Positions 56,604-64,000 of a DNA stretch of 64,000 nucleotides are shown here, piece after piece; positions within the stretch are counted from its first letter, which is position 1, and each line of letters begins with the position of its first letter. Location of the stretch: positions 2,189-66,188 of the forward strand of contig CAYPKP010000005.1 in assembly GCA_964411345.1 (NCBI GenBank), written 5' to 3'. The notes under the pieces were generated by a model that did not search any database, had not been told where the DNA came from, and saw nothing but the letters and a program-made list of their open reading frames with translations. The position numbers and the translations under genes are program-made. The stretch is from an uncultured Rikenella sp. GTDB taxonomy: Bacteria > Bacteroidota > Bacteroidia > Bacteroidales > VadinHA17.

Positions 56604-56606
56604 TGT

Positions 56607-56634
56607 GCGATTTGCGATTTGCGATTTGCGATTT
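56607..56634. repeat. Perfect heptamer array (GCGATTT)x4
   Basis: Read directly. It starts 3 nt after the TAA of the EamA gene. Confidence 0.95.
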
Positions 56635-56657
56635 GGCTGCCTGCCAGCTCCAACTAC

Positions 56658-56685
56658 TGCCTATTGCCTATTCCCTGCTGCCCGG
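56658..56685. repeat. Heptamer-periodic tract TGCCTAT TGCCTAT TCCCTGC TGCCCGG
   Basis: Read directly. In minus-sense it reads ...TAGGCAA TAGGCAG..., beginning just after the stop of the aldo/keto reductase gene. Confidence 0.9.
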
Positions 56686-56687
56686 CC

Positions 56688-57713
56688 CTACCACTCCGCC
56701 GGCCACTCCGACAGGTTCTTGAAGAAGAGCAGATCCCTGTAGTGAGGCTTGGTCTTTGCCTCGATGGCAAGCATCTCGTCGGCTGTCAGAGGCTTGAACT
56801 CCTGAGCTATCCGTATGTTCTCCTCGAGCTCCGCGATCTTGTCAATGCCGACAATGACCGTACTTACAGGAAGAGTCAGGACATACTCCATCGCCTCCTT
56901 CATGGTGATGATGCCTCCATTGGCAAATATCCGGTCGCGTGCCGGGATCTTCATGCCCACTATTCCCATGCCGCTACTGACGGCATTGGGGAGAAACTTC
57001 TCTATGAACGGATCGTGATGCTTGTCAGCAGCATTGATGGCCACCAGAACATTGTCAAACGGGAATCTCTCCAGCAGCGCATTCATCACATCCGGTCCCT
57101 CATGCCCGGTGAATCCGATGAACCGGATCATCTTTTCATCACGTGCCCTGATCATCGCCTTGAGAACGCCGCCCTCACCGGTGATCCTGTCAAGGGTCTG
57201 CATCTCTGACAGCTTGACATTGTGAATCTGCCACAGGTCAAGATGGTCAGTGTTGAGCTGCTTTAACGACTTCTCCAGAAGCCGCATCGAACCGTCATAG
57301 GTGCGGTCATGAGTCTTTGAAGCAAGGAATACCTCATTCCGCCTCTGTTTCAGCACCTGCCCGAGGTTTCTCTCGCTGGTGCCCATGGCATCGGCACGGG
57401 GAACTGTCGGCGTCTGCCTGCCGTATGCCGCTGCCGTGTCTATATAGTTTATACCCAGATCAATAGCCCTGTTGATGATATCCAGGGCAATATCTTCCCT
57501 CCCGGGAACCTCAATGGAGGCCTGTCCGCCCAGGCTGAATATCCCGACCATATGGCCGGTTTTACCCAGGGGGCGCAACGGCAGCTTTCCCTTATTCAAC
57601 ACCGTGAAGGGCCGTCCGAAGGCATCCACGTATGGAGCCACGCCCGCCAGGGCAGTAAGTGCTATCATCTTCTGGAGGAATGCGCGGCGGCTGTTGAGAG
57701 CTTTTTCTGACAT
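56688..57713 (-). CDS. Aldo/keto reductase with Tat-type signal peptide
   Basis: The ATG at 57713 gives MSEKALNSRRAFLQKMIALTALAGVAP (twin-arginine motif). AKR motifs: INYIDTAAAYG and DLWQIHN. Confidence 0.85.
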   Translation of the reverse strand: MSEKALNSRRAFLQKMIALTALAGVAPYVDAFGRPFTVLNKGKLPLRPLGKTGHMVGIFSLGGQASIEVPGREDIALDIINRAIDLGINYIDTAAAYGRQTPTVPRADAMGTSERNLGQVLKQRRNEVFLASKTHDRTYDGSMRLLEKSLKQLNTDHLDLWQIHNVKLSEMQTLDRITGEGGVLKAMIRARDEKMIRFIGFTGHEGPDVMNALLERFPFDNVLVAINAADKHHDPFIEKFLPNAVSSGMGIVGMKIPARDRIFANGGIITMKEAMEYVLTLPVSTVIVGIDKIAELEENIRIAQEFKPLTADEMLAIEAKTKPHYRDLLFFKNLSEWPAEW

Positions 57714-57970
57714 GATATTTTTTTTAAAGTTAAACCCTTTATCTAAATCAAAGTTCACCGGTCACCATAATATTTATCATCCCGGTGCGAGCTGCCCATG
57801 GAGCCTGATGCCTGAGAACAGGGCAGCGAGGCAGGATGGTGTTACATTGTACCTCCGATGACATTGAAGGAAGAATCAGAACATAAGAATATGGGACCGG
57901 ATTACTGATCTTGTCAAGGGGGCGCTGACTCCCGAACAGATGGTGCTTATGCCTGACAGGCATTGCGTTG

Positions 57971-59215
57971 CTATTCTTCAGCTACAGTCCTGCGGGAGGC
58001 TGAAGTCCCTGATGCCGTGACAGCAAACAAAACCATCAGGATGGCCGCGAGCAAAGCCATTGCTGCACCAAAATAAAAAGGAATCCTTGAGTTCACCTTA
58101 TCATACAGCACTCCGGCAATGATGCTGGCAGGCAGCAGGGTAATCCCCAGCAGGGCATTGTAGATTCCAAGACCGGTGCCCTTCTTGTTCTTATCAACAA
58201 TATCCGAAACAAATGCTTTCTGAATGCCGTCAGTTGCTGCCGAATATAATCCGTAGAGGGCAAACAACGATATAATTACGGATGTTTCCGTTGATCTGCC
58301 AAAGCCGAAATAGACCAGGGCATATATCACGAAACCAACTATCAGGATCTTCTCCTTACCCACCCTGTCAGCAAGTGAACCCACAGGTACGGAGGCGATG
58401 ACCGAGAAAGTGTTTGTGACAAGATATACAAGAGGAATAAAAGCGACTGTTATACCGGCTTCATTGGCCTTGACAAGTAAGAGCGCATCGGTTGAGTTTC
58501 CCAGGGTAAAGATGAAAACAATCCCCAGAAACAGATAATATCTTTTACTGAAATCCCTGAAACGGAACTTTTGAAAAAGTTCGGACTTGCTCTTTCTTAT
58601 CTCTTTTATTCCGAAGATAATGACGAACAATGCTGCTATGGCCGGTATCCCTGCCAGGAGAAAGAGCAACCTGTAATTGTCGGGAAAGAACCAGAGCAGG
58701 GCAAATGCCAGCAACGGTCCCGCAATGGCGCCACTGTTATCCATGGCCTTCTGTAACCCGAAGCTTCTGCCGGTATCATTGTTTGTTACGGAGGCGGCTA
58801 TCAGGCTGTCCCGCGGAGCCGTTCTGACCCCCTTTCCAAATCGTTCTGCAAATCGCAATGCCAGCACCTGCACGGGCGAAACCACAAAAGCATAAAACGG
58901 CATGACAATGGCAGAGATCGCGTATCCCGCAAGCATGAAGGGCTTGTTCTTCCCTATCTTGTCACTCCAGAAGCCAGACAGCGCCTTGACCAGTGATGCA
59001 GTGCTCTCGGCCACCCCCTCTATCAGCCCCAGACTCGCCTTCGATGCGCCGATTGACATTAAAAACATCGGCATCACTGAATAGATCATCTTGACCGACG
59101 TATCTGTAAGAAAGCTGATCAGCCCGGTAAAAAAGATGTTCCTGCTGAATCCGAGGATTGTACTGTTGCGGTTCATTTCCCGGGATGGCGTTCGCGCTAT
59201 GTTTTTCCCTGTCAT
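57971..59215 (-). CDS. MFS transporter
   Basis: 12-TM layout and MFS loop motifs (GSLADRVGKEK). Start uncertain: ATG at 59215 or 59176; the listed start at 59230 is a TTG. Confidence 0.85.
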   Translation of the reverse strand: MTGKNIARTPSREMNRNSTILGFSRNIFFTGLISFLTDTSVKMIYSVMPMFLMSIGASKASLGLIEGVAESTASLVKALSGFWSDKIGKNKPFMLAGYAISAIVMPFYAFVVSPVQVLALRFAERFGKGVRTAPRDSLIAASVTNNDTGRSFGLQKAMDNSGAIAGPLLAFALLWFFPDNYRLLFLLAGIPAIAALFVIIFGIKEIRKSKSELFQKFRFRDFSKRYYLFLGIVFIFTLGNSTDALLLVKANEAGITVAFIPLVYLVTNTFSVIASVPVGSLADRVGKEKILIVGFVIYALVYFGFGRSTETSVIISLFALYGLYSAATDGIQKAFVSDIVDKNKKGTGLGIYNALLGITLLPASIIAGVLYDKVNSRIPFYFGAAMALLAAILMVLFAVTASGTSASRRTVAEE

Positions 59216-59240
59216 TGCAAATAAGCCCAACGCGTTGCCT

Positions 59241-61916
59241 CTAGCTCCTGTCCATCTTCATCCCGTTGATCCTGAACAGCTTGAACAACTCTACAACAGG
59301 TATGGGAGCCAGGGCCATCAGTATGACTATGATCCAGTGCTCGCTGTCCATGACAGCCAGGCTGAATGCTTCGCGTATCGGAGGCACAAGAAGAACGATC
59401 AGTCCGATGACCGCTGACACGAAAATAGCCCCTATCAGGGGTTTGTTCTTCAGCGGATTGGTTCTGAATGATGAAAGTGCATTTGAATGCAGGTTGCGGA
59501 CATGCACCAGCTGAGCGAACATGAGTGTTGCAAAGGCCATCGTACGGCCCAGCACCTCACCGCCGTCGCGATACCCCAGGATGTAAGAAACCAGCGGAAT
59601 GCATCCTATCATCAATCCCTGGTACATGACGCGCCAGATCATCCCTCTGGTCATGAAACCTCCTTTCGGGTTTCGCGGTTCGCGGTTCATCAGGCCCTTT
59701 TCAGGCGGGTCGACACTCAGTGCCAGCGCCGGCAGGCTGTCGGTCACCAGGTTGATCCACAGAATGTGTATGGGCAGCAGTGGCATACCCATGTTGAATA
59801 CGGATGTTATCAGTATAAGGAAAATCTCACCCACATTGGTAGACAAAAGGTATTGTATGACCTTCAGTATGTTGTCATAGATCCTTCGTCCCTCTTCCAC
59901 TGCTGATACGATAGTGGCAAAATTGTCATCGGTAAGTATCATGTCGGCAGCACCCTTGGCCACATCGGTACCAACGATGCCCATGGCAGCCCCTATGTCA
60001 GCCTGCTTGAGGGCAGGGGCGTCATTGACGCCGTCGCCGGTCATGGCAACAATCTCGCTGTGGCTCTGCCACGCCTTTACGATGCGTACCTTATGCTCGG
60101 GTGCCACCCGCGCATAGACTGAATAGACCTTGATGTTGTCCATAAGCTCCTGGTCAGTGAGGGCCTCCAGCTCCATGCCTGTTATCGCAGCATCACCATC
60201 CCTGAAAATGCCTATCTCCCTCGCTATGGCCATGGCAGTGATTTTGTGGTCACCGGTGATCATAATGGGCCGTATGCCTGCTGTTCCGCACCTGGCCACC
60301 GCATCAACCACCTCCGGCCGCGCAGGGTCAATCATGCCAAGCAGACCTGTGAATACCAGCCCGTCCTCCATCTCACCTATCGAAACCTCCCGGGGAGCCT
60401 CGGCACAGTCTTTATAGGCCATCGCCAGCACCCTCAGGGCAGAGTTGGCCATTGCCTCATTGGCCTTGTGGATTTTGTCAGCATCAGCCTTTTCCAGAGG
60501 CCTGACTACCCCTTCAATGATGATCCTGTCACACACGGCCAAAACCTCGTCCAACCCTCCCTTGACATTGACCCTGGTGCTCTCCTCACCCATCCTGTTG
60601 ACGGTGGTCATGCGCTTGCGCTCCGAATCAAACGGAATCTCCGCCACCCTGGGTGATTCCTTCTCCAGCTCATCCTTGTAAACATCATAGAGAATGCCGA
60701 AATCAAGCAGGGCTGTCTCGGTAGGATCGCCTGTAAACGAGATCTTTCCGTCATCGTTGACCTTCATTGTGGCATCGGCACAGAGCACAGCAATGGAGAG
60801 AAGCTTCTTCTCTTCTTCATTGAGGCTGCTTCCCGGAGAGCTCCTGTTGATCTCGTCATGCTTGTGGTTCACATAGGCTTCAACCACTGTCATCCGGTTC
60901 TGCGTGAGTGTGCCCGTCTTGTCAGAGCAGATCACCGTGGCGCTGCCCAGCGTCTCCACCGACGGAAGATTTCGTATGATGGCGTTCCTTTTCACCATCC
61001 GCTGCACCCCGATGGCAAGCACCACAGTTGATACCGCCGGCAGTCCTTCGGGTATGGCCGCCACGGCAAGGCTGACGGCGGTCATGAACATGCTGAGGAC
61101 TGAATTACCGTAGAGTACCCCGACCACGAAGATCAGACCACAGATTGCCAGTGCCACCAGTCCCAGCATGCGTCCCAGCTGGTTCAGCCGCCTGCTCATC
61201 GGCGTCTCCGTCTCCCCGGCCTCCTGAAGCATTGTGGCTATCTTTCCCACCTCGGTCGACATGCCTGTGGTTACCACCATACCCCTGCCGCGCCCGTAGG
61301 TTACCATGCCACTTGAAAATGCCATGTTCTTCCTGTCACCAAGAGCGATCTCTTTACCCTCCAGGGTGCGAGTGATCTTGCTGACAGGAACACTCTCGCC
61401 TGTAAGTGATGATTCCTGAATTTTGAGATTGACAGCCTCGGTGAGTCTTATATCCGCCGGGACGAGAGCCCCAGTCTCAAGTATTACAATGTCGCCGGGC
61501 ACCAGCTCCCTGGTGCTGACCTCCGTGACCGCCCCGTCGCGCAGAACCTTTGAGAGTGGCGCCGCCAGCTGCTTCAGTGCCTCCAGCGACGACTCCGCCT
61601 TCTTCTCCTGAATGGCACCTATCAGTGCATTGACAATCAGGATGCCAAGTATGACAAATGTGTCTACCAGCCCCTCGTCTTCCAGAACTCCAACCACCCC
61701 TGAGACCGCAGCAGCGACCAGCAGCACGATGATCATGAAACTTTTGAACTGGTAAAGGAACATCCGGAGAAAACTCTTTTTTTCTTTCGTCACCAGCTGG
61801 TTATATCCATGCTGTTGCAGCCTGTCACGAACCTCTGCGGAGCTAAGCCCTGACTCAAGGCTGGTCCTGAGCTCATCAGCTAGTTCACTGATATCTCTTT
61901 TGTAGAACTCTGACAT
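59241..61916 (-). CDS. Cation-translocating P-type ATPase (P2-type, Ca2+/Mg2+-like)
   Basis: [12 protein letters not shown] (phosphorylation site), [14 protein letters not shown], and [16 protein letters not shown]. Cation ATPase N- and C-terminal domains; 891 aa. Confidence 0.95.
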   Translation of the reverse strand: MSEFYKRDISELADELRTSLESGLSSAEVRDRLQQHGYNQLVTKEKKSFLRMFLYQFKSFMIIVLLVAAAVSGVVGVLEDEGLVDTFVILGILIVNALIGAIQEKKAESSLEALKQLAAPLSKVLRDGAVTEVSTRELVPGDIVILETGALVPADIRLTEAVNLKIQESSLTGESVPVSKITRTLEGKEIALGDRKNMAFSSGMVTYGRGRGMVVTTGMSTEVGKIATMLQEAGETETPMSRRLNQLGRMLGLVALAICGLIFVVGVLYGNSVLSMFMTAVSLAVAAIPEGLPAVSTVVLAIGVQRMVKRNAIIRNLPSVETLGSATVICSDKTGTLTQNRMTVVEAYVNHKHDEINRSSPGSSLNEEEKKLLSIAVLCADATMKVNDDGKISFTGDPTETALLDFGILYDVYKDELEKESPRVAEIPFDSERKRMTTVNRMGEESTRVNVKGGLDEVLAVCDRIIIEGVVRPLEKADADKIHKANEAMANSALRVLAMAYKDCAEAPREVSIGEMEDGLVFTGLLGMIDPARPEVVDAVARCGTAGIRPIMITGDHKITAMAIAREIGIFRDGDAAITGMELEALTDQELMDNIKVYSVYARVAPEHKVRIVKAWQSHSEIVAMTGDGVNDAPALKQADIGAAMGIVGTDVAKGAADMILTDDNFATIVSAVEEGRRIYDNILKVIQYLLSTNVGEIFLILITSVFNMGMPLLPIHILWINLVTDSLPALALSVDPPEKGLMNREPRNPKGGFMTRGMIWRVMYQGLMIGCIPLVSYILGYRDGGEVLGRTMAFATLMFAQLVHVRNLHSNALSSFRTNPLKNKPLIGAIFVSAVIGLIVLLVPPIREAFSLAVMDSEHWIIVILMALAPIPVVELFKLFRINGMKMDRS

Positions 61917-62193
61917 GTTTTTAGTGTCGTGGCAGTTTGCAGGCTGCCGGGGGACGAAATTAAAAAATTATAGCGATTGCTCCTAAGTTTTTCCTGTTGC
62001 GCCCCGCCCTGCCCACAGCAGAGAGGCCAGGCTCTTCCTCATGATGTCATAAAGAGAGCCCTCCCGGTAAATCCTGTCGCAACTAAAACATCCCCCACGC
62101 AATCACTGCAGAACGGTTGTGCTGATTACCTGTTTCCACTCCGGCTATGAGCAAGATTAATCTCCCTGCCGGATAGTATCTTCAGATTTACTT

Positions 62194-64000
62194 CTAAAGA
62201 GTGTTAATTGCATCGGCAGGGTTTGCCACCGATGCCTGGTACGCCTTGTAGCTGATTGTCGCAAAGGTAATCACTACAGTCAGCAGCCCAGCAAAGATGA
62301 ACAGGAGAACGCCCATATCTGTACGATACACATAATTCTCAAGCCAGTTGCTCATAAAGTAATATGCAACAGGAATTGCCAGGACTATGGAGATGAGAGA
62401 AAGAATGATGAAATCCCTGGTAACCAGCTTCATTATTGTGCTTTCACTTGCACCAAAGACCTTTCTTATACCTATCTCCCTGGTGCGTTGCTCAACCGTA
62501 TAGGAAGCCAGGCCAAAGAGACCGAGGCATGCAATCAATATTGTCAGGATGGTAAACAGGGTAAAGATAAGTCCGCGCTTTTCATCCGCCTCGAACTGTC
62601 CGTTGAAGCGCTCTGTGAGGAATGAATAACTGTATGGCTGGTCCGGAAAGACCTCTTTCCAGCTTGATTCTATATGGCTGAGAGCTTGCCCTACATTATC
62701 CTCACTGATCTTGACATATACGTTGTTGTTAACAGTACGGTAAGCCAGAAGAAGGGATTCAATCTCATTATACATCCCGGTCTGATGATAATCCTGCATC
62801 ACCCCCACAACCCTGGCTCTCAATGTGTTCTCATCTCCTGCCTCGATCCTTTTACCTATAGGATCACTCCAGCCCATTCGTTTTACGAAGGTCTCATTCA
62901 CGACCACCCCGGACAGAGTATCCGAGGGCATGTCTTCCTGGAACTCCCGTCCCTGCAAGATCGTAATCCCCAAAGTTTCAACAAAATCGTGATCAACTAT
63001 GGCATAATTTATACCCCGCGGAGACATCCCCTGGTCTGTCTCCACGTCAAATAGCAGCTTCCCTGAGCCTTCACCGACCGGCGTGTCTGTGGAGCCGACT
63101 TGAATAACATTTGGATTTTCCAGCAGTTTTTGTTTCAGCACCGGATATTTGCTGATCATTGACCGGTTCAGCTCAAGGCCAAGCACATTCTCCTGGTCAA
63201 ATCCCTGGTCCATTGTTTTCAGGTAATTGAGTTGTCTGAAGACGACCAGGGTACATACTATCATTATTACCGAGACGGTAAACTGAATAACAACCAATAT
63301 TTTACGGAAGAGGCTGCCGGCTGTGCCCCTGCTTATCTCGCCCTTAAGCACCGAGACAGGACTGAATCTTGACAGGAAGAATGCCGGATAGCTTCCGCCA
63401 ATGAGCCCGACCAGCAGGATCACTGCCACCAGGCTAACAAGCAGAACCGGGCTGTATAAGACATTCAGGTCAAACGACTTACCAGCAAGAAGGTTGAACC
63501 TGGGCAGCAGGGCCATAAGCAGTATAATGCTTATTATCAGCGCTATAATGGTAAAAATTACAGATTCCGAAAGAAACTGCCATACCAGGGGTCCGCGACG
63601 TGATCCGACAACTTTTCTCAGGCCAACCTCGCGTGCTCGACCGGATGAACGGGCAGTAGCCAGGTTCATGTAGTTCATGGCAGCAATCAGCACCAGGAAG
63701 AGGGCGACAATTGAGAATATATAGACATAGGTGATGCTTCCCGTGGGTTCTGGCTCCCCGGCATTGGTTGAGTAAAGATGAATATCCTTTATCGGCTCCA
63801 GGATATACTCAATTTTAATATTTATCGGCCCAAAGATTGGTTCCATATACGCTGCATACATCCCCTGTATCTTGGCCTCTAAAGCTTCAACATCCAATCC
63901 TTCTGGAAAGAGCAGGTAGGTAAAAACCCCGAAATTACCCCATGAGCCTATCTGCTCGGGCAGGTTACTCCTTGATGCAAGCGCCTCAAACCTGAAGTGA
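62194..64000 (-). CDS. MacB/FtsX-like ABC transporter permease (5' end outside the window)
   Basis: The frame stays open to base 63999 (the listed start at 63897 is only a TTG). Two FtsX-type 4-TM bundles with a large extracytoplasmic domain. C-terminal bundle motif REIGIRKVFGAS. Confidence 0.8.
   Translation of the reverse strand, partial: HFRFEALASRSNLPEQIGSWGNFGVFTYLLFPEGLDVEALEAKIQGMYAAYMEPIFGPINIKIEYILEPIKDIHLYSTNAGEPEPTGSITYVYIFSIVALFLVLIAAMNYMNLATARSSGRAREVGLRKVVGSRRGPLVWQFLSESVIFTIIALIISIILLMALLPRFNLLAGKSFDLNVLYSPVLLVSLVAVILLVGLIGGSYPAFFLSRFSPVSVLKGEISRGTAGSLFRKILVVIQFTVSVIMIVCTLVVFRQLNYLKTMDQGFDQENVLGLELNRSMISKYPVLKQKLLENPNVIQVGSTDTPVGEGSGKLLFDVETDQGMSPRGINYAIVDHDFVETLGITILQGREFQEDMPSDTLSGVVVNETFVKRMGWSDPIGKRIEAGDENTLRARVVGVMQDYHQTGMYNEIESLLLAYRTVNNNVYVKISEDNVGQALSHIESSWKEVFPDQPYSYSFLTERFNGQFEADEKRGLIFTLFTILTILIACLGLFGLASYTVEQRTREIGIRKVFGASESTIMKLVTRDFIILSLISIVLAIPVAYYFMSNWLENYVYRTDMGVLLFIFAGLLTVVITFATISYKAYQASVANPADAINTL

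Noticed and set aside
61917-62193. Riboswitch (e.g. Mg2+/M-box-like) in the 277-nt region upstream of the P-type ATPase
   Set aside because: I could not recognise any known riboswitch core or a convincing terminator/antiterminator pair by eye. The region also has to hold the 3' end of the upstream permease gene and a promoter.

Overview
This window looks like an ordinary, mostly housekeeping chromosomal stretch of a Bacteroidota genome. The evidence is the bamD-rpoZ-coaBC-DUF4835-recN synteny, a 286-aa Bacteroidetes-type primary sigma factor, a DUF4252/ECF-sigma module, a propeller+Y_Y_Y LytS-type kinase, and TAnnTTTG -7 promoter boxes. I support about 55 protein genes (the first and last are cut by the window edges) and one tRNA-Pro(GGG). 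I see no rRNA, CRISPR array, transposase, integrase, or recognisable defence or biosynthetic cluster. All family names come from motif recognition in the supplied translations, not from database searches. The most unusual signal is non-coding. Several intergenic spacers (803-1012, 14121-14164, 22945-22972, 43019-43171, 56604-56687) consist largely of short tandem arrays with 7-nt periodicity (GGCAGTN/AGTCNNC, TCTTAAT, GCGATTT, TRGGCAR). The GGCAG-type arrays start at or inside stop codons, in the sense orientation of the upstream gene, and an exact 18-mer is shared in inverted orientation between loci 42 kb apart. A second non-coding signal lies downstream of tRNA-Pro: two 26-nt repeats that mimic the tRNA 3' end, followed by an islet of small orphan genes with no integrase. 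Protein-level curiosities: a DUF4252-ECF sigma-anti-sigma-DUF4252 module; a large DUF4914-like P-loop protein; an orphan TorD-family chaperone near a Tat-signal DUF362 protein; an orphan SiaC/DUF1987 protein; a translationally coupled deacetylase-like/FemAB-GNAT-like pair; a bTHX ribosomal protein with a long Lys/Ala/Pro tail; a TPP enzyme with a low-complexity insert; and in-frame simple-sequence repeats in gyrB and an RND adaptor. I cannot point to a clear multi-gene novel system with confidence. The heptad-repeat 3' elements are my best candidate for something undescribed.
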